64,000 nucleotides of DNA from Paraphysomonas bandaiensis (taxonomy: Eukaryota > Protista > Chrysophyceae). The position numbers and the translations under genes were made by a program. Below the pieces are notes generated by a model. It saw nothing but the letters and a program-made list of their open reading frames with translations. It ran no database searches and was not told the DNA's origin. Positions 1-11,030 of this stretch are shown here, piece by piece; positions within the stretch are counted from its first letter, which is position 1; each line of letters opens with the position of its first letter. The DNA is taken from contig CBFFRP010000107.1 of the NCBI GenBank assembly GCA_965644295.1, positions 1 to 64,000 on the forward strand. The letters run 5' to 3'.

Positions 1-373
1 ATCATATCACATGCATCGAGTATATGTATATAGTAATATGACGAGGCAGCCATATGCAGCAGATACACGTTAATGAGTGCTTGAATGATAGGTGATAACA
101 TGTTGCTACCATCTTATTTCATGAAACTGTGAGATGAGATATGCAGTTACTGGACGAGGTTTATAAGGCTGTATGGAGAGGAACTGTGAAGGGCTGTATA
201 TTATGGTATGAAGTGATTTGATATGGATATCAATGATTGAATTCAGGTGGGAGCATCATGCTCCCATCATCCTATTTAAAGTGTCAGGTATGTAGAGAGA
301 TGAGAAGTGGTACATTTGAAGGAATAGAAGGCTGTATATCATGCATGCACTATGTTGTGTGATGGTATATGAT

Positions 374-1307
374 ATGCTGAATGTTGTCATGGTTTATTAT
401 GCTGTTGTAGGCGCAATGACGTTTATACTTACCGGTGCAAGAGGGATGCCTAAGCGACACAAGCGCCCGGCTGCCCCTGTACCATCTTGCAGTGAATATG
501 TGTCATGTTGTGTAAGGGTATGCAGTATGGCTGTATGTGATAAGAATTCTGAACGGTGTGGAATAATAAAATGCTGAAGGCTGTGATGGTTTATTATGCT
601 GTTGTAGGCGCAATGACGTTTATACTTACCGGTGCAAGAGGGATGCCTAAGCGACACAAGCGCCCGGCTGCCCCTGTTCCATCTTGCAGTGAATATGTGT
701 CATGTTGTGTAAGGGTATGCAGTATGGCTGTATGTGATAAGAATTCTGAACGGTGTGGAATAATAAAATGCTGAACGCTGTGATGGTTGATTATACTGTT
801 GTATGCTCTGTAAATAATGATACGATGTATTCCAATTACTAATGAATCATTAATTATAAGGGTACAGTATAAAAAGTTGATGGAGTGGTTATAAATGAAT
901 ACATATAGGCATTCTACAGATTACTAACATCAGACTGTGTCGAATAATAAAATGCTGCACGCTGTAATGGTTGATTATACTGTTGTATGCTCTGTAAATA
1001 ATGATACGATGTATTCCAATTACTAATGAATCATTAATTATAAGGGTACATTATAAAAAGTTGATGGAGTGGTTATAAATGAATACATATAGGCATTCTA
1101 CAGATTACTAACATCAGACTGTGTCGAATAATAAAATGCTGAACGCTGTAATGGTTGATTATACTGTTGTATGCTCTGTAAATAATGATACGATGTATTC
1201 CAATTACTAATGAATCATTAATTATAAGGGTACATTATAAAAAGTTGATGGAGTGGTTATAAATGAATACATATATTGGCATTCTACAGATTACTAACAT
1301 CAGACTG
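374..1307. repeat. Composite tandem array: 2 x 197-bp units then ~3 x 184-bp units sharing a ~45-nt head motif
   Basis: GAATAATAAAATGCTG recurs at 561, 758, 942 and 1126 (spacings 197, 184, 184). Unit bodies are near-identical within each class. Confidence 0.9.
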
Positions 1308-2288
1308 AAGTTTCCTTTTCTTTGTCCTTGGAATAATGTTACCATCACTGTCCCTTCGTGCACTCATTGCATCATATATACTGTTTATGTATTTCTTAGA
1401 GGCTTTTTTTTTGGGGTGAAACTTGTCGTAATTTTCCTGACCAAATAAATCAACAATAACACGCAATTCAACCTTTTCAGCTATGCATTTTAAATTACTC
1501 TTCCATTCTCTGTACGAAGTAGACTGACTTGCCATACAGGGTTTCGGCTCATCAAGAAAACGTTTCTCGTCATCGTACAATAGGCCGAGTCCTTTAGTCA
1601 ATACTCGATTTAGTTTTTTCTGTTTGTTGACGTTGTCTACCATAGGGTATACAGTAAATCATAGATATGTGAAGTATGTCCACTTACCGGAGAAATCAGA
1701 TGCCCGATGTATAATGTATTCACCTATGCGCTTCATTAGTTCTTTCCCCACTGGACTTGTTTTCTCTGATATACGCACTCCTTGTGCGATACACCGCTTG
1801 ATAATATGCTTTGATACTGCCGCTCTCACATCTTTGTACCACAGCTCATTGGAGCTGCTTAATAACTCATTTCTTTTAAATCGCTTCGTCAGCGCAGTCT
1901 TCGTGTCTGACAAATACTGCCAAGCAGTACCTAGGGTCAAAGGCTTCTTCGTTGTTCCATGGACGGCGTGATCGATCAAAAAGCCACCGAAACATTGAAA
2001 TAGTTCTACATTTATATCACTGTCTATGAGTTCCTTATACCTCTTCTTCCCGTCGAACCGCATCTCCAAGTACTTCGCAAACTGAGCTAACGCAGAGGAG
2101 TTACGATTTTTGGTTTCCCCATCACCGACTTTTCTAATGCCCCCTGTGGTAGTTGATTCCGTGGTAGTTGATTCCGTGGTAGTTGATTCCGTGGTAGTTG
2201 ATTCCATGCTACTATGATATGTTCTCGCTGTTATTATGTTCTGTATGTATGATACCATGCTGTGATGAGAGAGCTCCTCCTTCAACAC
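1284..2288 (-). CDS. Spliced protein resembling the N-terminal core-binding region of stramenopile Crypton-type tyrosine recombinases; no catalytic domain seen
   Basis: ORFs 1659-2288 and 1284-1643 join in frame across a 51-nt GTAAGT...TAG intron (1687-1637). The pattern FGGFL...KPLTLGTAWQYLSDTKTAL...HIIKRC resembles oomycete CryptonS-like proteins as I recall them. A 4x15-bp TTTES repeat lies at 2146-2205. Start codon uncertain. Confidence 0.5.
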
Positions 2289-2869
2289 CCACCTCCCTGG
2301 ATCTATTACTCACCAGCAACACCATACATACCACTGGTCACTCATCATCACCACTTATATAGTTCCACACCATTATGGTGCGGGCTTGAGTACGGTACCT
2401 TCCACATTTTGCTGTTTCAATCTGTTTATGATTTTCTGCATTGAAAATAGCGTTATTGCTTGTTTTCGGCTTTGTATAAATTGACATCTATATATAATAT
2501 AACAACATTATTATATTCTATAATTAAATTAGACTTCAAGGTTTTATAGGGTTTTTGTATAAATTTGTTTTCTTTTCTAATTATATATACAATGTTAATC
2601 GATGTAATTATTAAGTATAAAAAAAAAAGTGGCCCACTCTGTTTAGAACTCTTTGAATCATTAGACCATTCTAAATTTACCGCTCGTAGTGTACAATTCT
2701 TTAAAGAAATAGACCATTCTAAATTTAACGATCGTAGTTCTAACCCTAATTTGTTTTGGCATGATTATACAATAAATATTAAAGACTTTGAAGAATTTGT
2801 CATGCATTTTGAAGATGTAATTGATGTAATTCATGTAAGAATAATATAATAAAACTGAGGGTTTTTTAA

Positions 2870-3010
2870 ACAAAATTGGGGTTTTTTTATTTCTAAAATT
2901 AAGGGTTTTTATATAAATCAAGGTTTTTATATAAAAATTGGGATTTTTTTATTTCTAAAATTAAGGGTTTTTATATAAATCAAGGTTTTTATATAAAAAT
3001 TGGGATTTTG
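2870..3010. repeat. AT-rich ~62-bp tandem repeat (about 2 copies)
   Basis: AAATTGGG(G/A)TTTTTTTATTTCTAAAATTAAGGGTTTTTATATAAATCAAGGTTTTTATATAA repeated. Confidence 0.8.
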
Positions 3011-3566
3011 TCGTTTTGTTTTATAGCAAAATGGCTGCTATGAGGGTTCCAAACCATTGTTGTAAAGGAATTCCCCCAAAAATGGTTTGGAACCCTCATG
3101 CGTGTTAATGTGGTCCAAGCCTAGCATTAACAGTATTTGAGTTCCATTTTTTTTTTCAGAAAAACGCCTTTTTTCAATGTGGCGGCATAGGGAATCGAAC
3201 CAGATTATTTCATCTGCCGCCACAGACTATTTCATCCGGAACGACTCCAAACGTCTTTCCTAATACGTGATGACATGATTTAAATATATAAATGTAATAT
3301 TTTTAGTCTGTATATTTTCTGTATTTGTGTGTTGTTTGTTGTGTTGGTGTGTATGTTGTGTTGTTGTTGTGATGCTGTTGTGTATGTTGTTTGTCTATGA
3401 GTATATATATACATATATATATATTCATTCATAATATTCATTGTCATTGTGTCTATATCATTGTGACATATAACAAGCATGGAAATAAAGGAAATATGAT
3501 GTCATTATAAGCACATATCAGGCATATTGTCTTTGATTGGTGTATGTATCGTATTCATTGTTATTG

Positions 3567-4088
3567 TTATGTAAGGGGTTCTTCTTCTCTTTCACAGGCA
3601 TTTATGAAAACACCAAAGGCTTTATTTGCTCTCTTTATTCTTGCTTGTTTTGCTGCTTCTATTGTGTCGAAGTATCCAATGTGGATTGAAATGCCATCTA
3701 ATTTTATTTGCGCTTTCCATTTCTTTTTTCTTTTGTCATAAGAAACGCCTTTCACGCCGGATGTATTTGCTTTGCTTAACTTATGGTTATGTTGATTTTC
3801 CGATCGAGTGGCCCATCTCAAATTATTGACATTGTTGTCTATTTTGTTATTATTTATATGATCTACACAAGGCTTATTTTCTGGATTTGGTATAAACGCT
3901 ATTGCAACTAATCGATGAATCTCAACTGTTTTTTGCTTTCCATTCACACAGAGACTGAGTTTATGGTAACCATCTCTATTTATAGTTTGCTTTAATATTC
4001 TTTCCGTATTATTATTCTTTATATTTCCTTTGTTTGATACACTATAATTATTATTGTAACCATCAATCACTTTCCATTCTTCAATCAT
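3567..4088 (-). CDS. NUMOD4 + HNH + AP2-domain homing-endonuclease-like protein (virus/phage-type architecture)
   Basis: EEWKVIDGY..YSVSNKG (NUMOD4); HRLVAIAFIPNPENKPCVDHIN...NLRWAT (HNH); NTSGVKGVS...KWKAQI...HIGYFDTIEAAKQAR (AP2). Intronless and very AT-rich. Confidence 0.9.
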   Translation of the reverse strand: MIEEWKVIDGYNNNYSVSNKGNIKNNNTERILKQTINRDGYHKLSLCVNGKQKTVEIHRLVAIAFIPNPENKPCVDHINNNKIDNNVNNLRWATRSENQHNHKLSKANTSGVKGVSYDKRKKKWKAQIKLDGISIHIGYFDTIEAAKQARIKRANKAFGVFINACEREEEPLT

Positions 4089-4788
4089 AGTAATAATATA
4101 TATATAATAATTTCTTTTTAAACCATTTTATATATATTTTCAATCTGTTTATGATTTTCTGCATTGAAAATGGCATTATTGCTTGTTTTCGGCTTTGTAT
4201 AAATTGACATCTATATATAATATAGCATTACATTATTATATTCTATATTTAAATTAGAATTCAAGGTTTTATGAGTTTTTGCTTAAAGCTTCGCCATTAT
4301 ATCACTACAACTACATTCCAGAGCTTTAAGCATTGCCATTATACATTATTATAAAAAAGTCATATAGATAACAAAGTAGATTTAATAAGTAGTTTTTATG
4401 GTAGAATCCCGGGGTTTTACAACCTTTACAAATTTAAATTATTTTTCATTTTAATTTTTCCCTCCCCCTATATCTACTATTAAATCTACTTATTAAATCT
4501 ACTTTACTATCTATATTACTTTTTATTATAAACATTATAAATAATATATAAAGTAATTAATTTTATTTAAGAATATAAATAATATATAAAGTAATTATAA
4601 CTTATTAATAATAAGTTATAAGTTAAACTCACAAAGAGAAGGAATTACAACCGAAGGTTGTAATTGGAAACACTCGAAGAGAAGAAGCCCCTTGCAGGGG
4701 TTGGGGGTAGAAAAGAGGCCCGCCCTTGTCCCTCCCCTTGTTTTTTAAGTTGAACTTGCATAGTATACGATTTTTTGTCAAAATTTGT

Positions 4789-4837
4789 GTGTGACTCGGT
4801 AATTCAACGAATTTGACTAGGTTGATAAGTATTTCTC
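4789..4837 (-). mobile_element. Solo terminal inverted repeat of the Mutator-like family at 35633-39194
   Basis: GTGTGACTCGGTAATTCAACGAATTTGACTAGGTTGATAAGTATTTCTC closely matches the reverse complement of 35633-35681. Confidence 0.75.
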
Positions 4838-4977
4838 ATTTAATAGTAGGTATCTCTAAATAATTGAAATCTAAAGAGTAATGTTGATATCCTGCACATT
4901 GGTTTATAGAGAAGTGATATTAAATCGTCACATATAGTATATTCGCAGTTTCGACAAATATGGAGACAGCCTATACA

Positions 4978-6320
4978 CTATACATTCCGTCGACCTAGTC
5001 TCTTCCAGTAAAGGCGCTTGGCAAAGAGATAAAGCTCTATATCTTCTTTATTTTCTTCTAAAAGGCGATTCAAGACAGTTGGAGGAAATTTATTATAGTA
5101 AGTGTACCCAACTCGATCAGGGGACAGTAGAGGCTCACGAGGAAGGGAAGTTGTGATATTACCAGAAAATGCCCCGCTATTCGAATGTGTAGTATCATAG
5201 TAATTATATGAGAAATCCATCACAGCGGCACGAAATACACTTCCGCTGCTAGGATCGTCCAAATACTCTGATATTAGAATATGAACAGACCTATAATTCC
5301 CTTATTCATTAATTCACATAGAATATAACATAAGGTCATCTACCTCTGTAGAAATTCTTTCGCACTGCTGAGGGCCTGAGAGATATCTAGACTCACATGC
5401 GCTGGGTTCTCTCGGTGTTGCACAGTTGATAAGTCTACGAGCATATGGTAACTGTCTGTGTAACGACTGCTATTTCTGCATTCCTCTCTGTCCCGAAAGC
5501 AGCGCTGCAAATCACTATGACTTGCCCAACGGTGCCCTTCTTCAGTGTGAAGAGCTCCTACTAGACGACGAAGGTAGTAGTTAGGCATGTACCCGTCATT
5601 GAATGTTGTATCTTCCATCCACTTGAACCACAAGCTCTCGTTATTTCGAAGAGTGCGCAAACCTTCCTCTGTGGCACGGTGGACACATTCACACTCAATA
5701 CTGTGCTTTGAATACGAAGTGCTTCTCGACGAACATGCATGTGCAGTTAGCACTGATCCAGCGCATCGTGCAGATACTACATCTGCAACAACTTTCTCAA
5801 ATACTGTGTGATGGTTAACACCAGTTTGAAAGAATGCCTGCGAGCCAATTCGATCTATAGGATGGCGTAGCACAGTCAAAAATGATAGATGGGGTGACTT
5901 GTTATCGATTAATGAGGAGTTTGTCAGCACAGCGATCGCCTCAGAATTGACATATTGATACTCATTATGAACAATATCGAAGGACGGGCATGGATATTCC
6001 AAGTGATTGTTTTGAAAGATTGTATGTTTCCCAGTATCGCTATACATCTCCAGCGAACACTTGTCATTTATACAACCTCTTGACTTCATCCACCTCTTGA
6101 CGGAGTCCAGTACTCGGGTCCCACCTGCTTTCCGCATATGAATAAACACTAAGCCTAATACAGGTGTGTTTATAGTGGAACATGAATCATCTGATGGGGT
6201 TAGCCATGAACATGGTCTCCATGATCTAATGGAGGATCCTCCAGCCACACTGAGTTCTATGGACGGTAGACTTAGTGCTAATAGAGTATATATTGTCCAA
6301 TACAATGACATACACCACAT
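4978..6320 (-). CDS. Secretory-pathway sulfotransferase-family protein (2 exons)
   Basis: FIHMRKAGGT (5'-PSB), TVLRHPIDRIGS (3'-PB), C-terminal N..DIELY.FA, hydrophobic N-terminus. Intron at ~5290-5345. Confidence 0.75.
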
Positions 6321-7285
6321 ATTGCGGCTATAATCCCAATACACTTCCACACTACCTTTATTTATAGTACTATCATAAGTGCATATATATATACACCAGC
6401 ATGCAGCTAATCTCGCTCTCCTTGGAAACACTGAAAGGACAGCAGCAGGAAGGAGTACTTCCACTACACAACACTCGAGCTAGCAAATTCTTGTGGAAAT
6501 AGCGGAAAATAAGAAATATTGGTATAATTTGTGGAAATGTCAGGATAAATTCGTGAAACCCCAAATTTTGAGATATACATCTGTTGTATATACTGAGGGG
6601 TATTGTGGACAGCAATGGTACACCATACAGCAGTGCCGTGTAATTGTTGTAATGGTGTGGCAATATAGAATCTGATTGTACATAAATCAATATGACTGTT
6701 AGATATAACTATAGAGGGCTGTGATAGCAGCTACAAAGCTACACTAGGTTTTAATTTGAATTAACATAAAAGCATCAAAATAATTCGTTGCTGAGGACAT
6801 GAAGATTACGAAGAGTGAATAGCTGCCGTGTATATACGTATATATACTAGTCTATAAAGCAGTTGTCATGTGAGAAAAGTGAGAATAAAAGAAACGTTGT
6901 ATGAGAAGTGACATTAATAGTGTGAAGTAATACTGGCAACATATGTGGATTGAAAATTGTTAGCTAGAATGCTAAATTTTTATATTGGTGAGATAAGATT
7001 ACATCAGTCAAATACTCAATAAATTATTTAAGAATCACAAGTAACCAGCTAAATTCGTATACATGCTTCGGTAAGAGAGAATCATTATGAAGTTAGCGAA
7101 TTAGTACATATGCTAAACGCACGTATTTGATGTACTGTTACTTCATGGTTGCTAAATAAGAACAGCAAAACGTTTTATAAAAAGGTTGATAATAATCTAT
7201 ATAAAATATACAACGTACACAAATATACCGTACAGTATGAAATTCCTTTCCCACATAAAATTTTCACGATATTGAAAATATATAA

Positions 7286-8827
7286 CTAACTACAGTCTTC
7301 AGATGGACTGGATTTATACTCCAATAATTCGTATATTTTTCTATTTGGTAAACTAGTGGCCCACATATCCTGCACACGGGATAAAGAATATCTAACGAAT
7401 TGGTTGGAAGTGCGATTGGTGATGTTTCGGTCCATCATGTCGTTGTCAGACACTGACGTGTCAATGCTAGAAACGACGTTTTGTACCGACGCCAGTGGAA
7501 CAGATTCCCCCCAAGTCGTACAGGAAAGCAATACAGTATATAGACCAGCATGGACGTAGGTTCCAATAACCGTTGCCCAACATAGACCTTTCACACCCAG
7601 ACCAAGCCCTCTGTCAGTACCAAGAACTAAAGCCAAAGGTATCGCTATAATATAGTAGCAAACAAACACAATAGGCCCCGCTATGCGCTGCTTGCTAAGT
7701 CCATTAACAATTCCGGATAGGGTGGTTTGAAGGCCATCTGCAATTACGTAAGTAGACAGCGGTGTCATTAGTTGAGACACTAAATCAATAACTTCGGCGT
7801 CACTTGTAAAAACTGTACTAATAGTGGCTCCGTAACAAAACAAAACAACAGCGGCAACACTTGAGAAACTTATACCCAATGCAGAAGAAACTTGTGCGGC
7901 TATAACAGCCATCCCCACTTCATTGCTACCAATGTAATACCCGACACGTGTAACTGCAGCTATTTGATATCCAAGTGGTAGTAAAAAACAGAATACGTTG
8001 AGATTTTGATATATGCTCATTGCAGCCATATCGAGATCAGGATTGCCAAGAGTACCTGATATGAAAATTATAACTTCATCAGCCCACCACTCCGACATCA
8101 TCAGGATATTGGGAACCATCAAGCGCAAATACGGCCCCCAGCCATACCAGGAATTCCAAGAAAAATAAAACTGCATTTCCTCGCACACTCCACCAAACGA
8201 CACATATAAGACAAGCAAAACAAGTTCAACTGTTCGGCTGAGGGAGATAGCGAGTGCAACACCAACAAATTTCATGGGGCTGTACTGAGTTAACACGTAG
8301 CACAACAAGGGGTGAATTGCAGCCACTGATGCTGCAATGATAGTAACGGCAAGAGCTTTTTGCTGTGCGTATAACCATTGCTGGATACATATTGTCCAAG
8401 AATACATAAACAAACCAGGTATAAGAGCAATTAAATAGTGTGAAGCAGCAACTGCAATGGATTCAGATTGCCCAAGTATAATCATTACCGGAGCACTAAA
8501 TGTCCACAACAAGCTAATAGGTACACAGAATAGAATCATCACAATCAGAGCACGTTGGAGTGATAAATTAGCAGCTTCTAAGTCATGTGCACCTTGAGCT
8601 TGACTGCATAGCGTTGATAAAGCACCCCCCATTCCAACCAATATAGAATTTCCAAATACATTAGCTGTAACAGAAGCCAAACCAGCAGCACTAAGATAAT
8701 GTTTTCCAAGTCTACCGACGAATATAAACGATACAGTCGTGAGCATCTTCTTGAACAGATTTGCCAGAGAAACTTTACAGGCCAGCAGAAACTGCAGAGA
8801 AATTTCTTGTCTGACTTGTATCGACAT
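7286..8827 (-). CDS. MATE family efflux transporter
   Basis: 513 aa, ~12 TM segments. FVGRLG, LSTLCSQAQGA, EWWADE, TRVGYYIG, DGLQTTLSGI. Confidence 0.92.
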   Translation of the reverse strand: MSIQVRQEISLQFLLACKVSLANLFKKMLTTVSFIFVGRLGKHYLSAAGLASVTANVFGNSILVGMGGALSTLCSQAQGAHDLEAANLSLQRALIVMILFCVPISLLWTFSAPVMIILGQSESIAVAASHYLIALIPGLFMYSWTICIQQWLYAQQKALAVTIIAASVAAIHPLLCYVLTQYSPMKFVGVALAISLSRTVELVLLVLYVSFGGVCEEMQFYFSWNSWYGWGPYLRLMVPNILMMSEWWADEVIIFISGTLGNPDLDMAAMSIYQNLNVFCFLLPLGYQIAAVTRVGYYIGSNEVGMAVIAAQVSSALGISFSSVAAVVLFCYGATISTVFTSDAEVIDLVSQLMTPLSTYVIADGLQTTLSGIVNGLSKQRIAGPIVFVCYYIIAIPLALVLGTDRGLGLGVKGLCWATVIGTYVHAGLYTVLLSCTTWGESVPLASVQNVVSSIDTSVSDNDMMDRNITNRTSNQFVRYSLSRVQDMWATSLPNRKIYELLEYKSSPSEDCS

Positions 8828-9193
8828 CGCCCCGATACATAGACTAAAGGTAGCAGGATTGTATCAGGGTGCAATGCAGAGAAGGGAATGCATAGTTGGT
8901 CTATCTGGCAGTGACTTGATCTCCTTATTCAAGCCTGCCTGTACTATACATATACAGTACATATACAGTATATATACGGTGTATCTATCTACTGTATAAA
9001 TGTATTCCACAGTATTCCATGGTATTCTTTAAATCTGATAGATCTGTATTCTAAAGCCCTACACGTATACTATGTATTCCTATCGCACTTTGAACTTCCT
9101 ATAGATCAATAGATAGATACATACATACACATACAGCAGTGATAGGATACACACATACATGCATCTATGCGGCCTATTCACTATTCTACATAC

Positions 9194-9226
<33 letters not shown>

Positions 9227-9250
9227 GCCCCGTGCTATACGACATAACCC

Positions 9251-10304
9251 ATGCACCAGTCTCTCTCTCTAATCCATTTATTCCTCTATATTTCTCTCAC
9301 TATATCCCAAACCACTAACCATAATAAGATCTTATTACAAGATATCCAAGTCTTGACCTTCTACAGGGGCCAGTACACTACAGGGAGGCGGTCTTCCCCA
9401 TTACCTCAAATTGAATGTCAAAGTGGTTGTTGGCAATACACTCCGGAGTCAATTCAATGTTATAATCGAGGGTTTGATGGCAGTGATGTTAACTGGGAAT
9501 GTATGGGAAGTTTGCCTGAAGGAGTGAAGTTTACGAATGTGGTAGTGGGGTGTGAGGGGTACGACTATACACACACTGACATATCTCTGTAATACATATA
9601 TGTATACATCTGTATAATGATAATATATATACACATATATATATCATACTATACTATATCATATGCTTGTAATGACATAACGCAGATATGATTATCCGGA
9701 TGATCCTTATGTACTAAAGGGGTCGTGTCAAGTGGAGTTTTCACTTACATCCGATCATATCAACGGCCAAAACTCTAGTGGTGCTGGCTTACTGCTTGTG
9801 TTTCTGGTGTGCGCTGTGGGATTGTGTATTGGTGTGATCGCATATGCATGTGGTACAATGAAGCGAGACACAACAGAAGGTTTGCCAAGGTATATCCCAG
9901 TTGCCACTGCCACTGAGATGGGGGTTGATACACCGGGTGGGGTAGAATACAGTGCACCGCGAAATCCGGGGTATAATCCGGAATATAATGCTCCTTCTGC
10001 CCCTCCTGCACCCGCGGGAGGTTATTATGGGTACAGGACACCCAGATCTGGACCAGGGTTCTGGACAGGAATGGGCATGGGAGGACTAATGGGTTACGTT
10101 CTGGGTGGAAATAGGTTAGGATAAACTTATTTTGTATGTGATGTTTGTGCTAGAATTAGACAATTATTGCTAACAGAGCATATTATTTTCAGGAGAGGCG
10201 GAGGTAGTAGTCACAGTCATAGAAACGCTGATTTCCGTGGCCATCATGGTGGAGGAATCAGTATGCGAACACAATCCGGTTTTGCAAGAACGAGTCGAAG
10301 ATAG
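9251..10304 (+). CDS. SARAF: SARAF/TMEM66-like protein (multi-exon)
   Basis: Signal peptide, LTFYRGQYTTGRRSSPLPQIEC, CYNRGFDGSDVNWEC, CEGY, DPYVLKGSC, GPGFWTG, C-terminal SGFARTSRR. Confidence 0.85.
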
Positions 10305-10759
10305 TAGTGTTAATGTTGCTTTAATTAGATTATTTCCTGTGTTTCAACGATGTATCTTTTAACGAATAATATGGTGGCTGTTTACTACAGTTTTTTCGCA
10401 TAGGATATAGGGTATAGTATATGGGAGAGTCTTCAACTTATCCAAATTTTCTGTTTGTACTCTCCTAGTCAGTCACTACTTTGTTTTCCGCCACTATTTC
10501 TGTGACGCATGCACAGAAACTAAAACCAATTATACCAGACTGTTGAGGTTAGCTGTTTGAGAGCAATTAAAATATGTAGTTCTCAGGTATTTAAATTATG
10601 TAAAGTAAGACATGAACTATTGAGATGATGGCAATCATAGTAGTCTGAAATATATATCTTGGCTGTATAAGCAAGATCGTGTCTATAGAAGATCATATGA
10701 AAATGATTGGTAGTTGAGATATCCGGAGTTTGTTGTAGAGAACGTCTCGCTCGTAGAAT

Positions 10760-11030
10760 TAGCAATAGGCGTTTAAGAGTCAGTGCTTACTCTGATATCC
10801 ACTATTTAACACTACGAACGATGCTTGTGCGCTTGTGGGTCACCGCAATCATCAAGGTTCAACCGCTTTCGAAGTGAGCAAGCAGAATGTTGATATACCT
10901 GAATACCTGACATTTGCTGACTTCAGGAGTTTTTTGCCCTTTTTATGGATGGTAAACAGGCCGGATGCTTGATTGTTTTCAGCAGGCATCCCAATACCCC
11001 GGATGTCTGTTTATTTGTCTGGGGCCCAAT
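10760..11030 (+). repeat. Dispersed degenerate repeat, copy 1 (others at ~35255-35510 + and ~55318-55570 -)
   Basis: Shared GTGAGCAAGC.GAAT.TTGATATACCTGACAT.TGCT.ACTT...GGATGCTTGA. Confidence 0.75.

Larger units (their letters stand above)
2415..4272. repeat. ~133-bp diverged direct repeat pair (2415-2547 and 4138-4272)
   Basis: TTTCAATCTGTTTATGATTTTCTGCATTGAAAAT...TTCAAGGTTTTAT occurs twice. Confidence 0.9.

Noticed and set aside
374-1307. CRISPR-like repeat-spacer array, and ORFs 341-577 and 556-774
   Set aside because: The 'spacers' are 140-150 bp and duplicated. The ORFs merely mirror the repeat.
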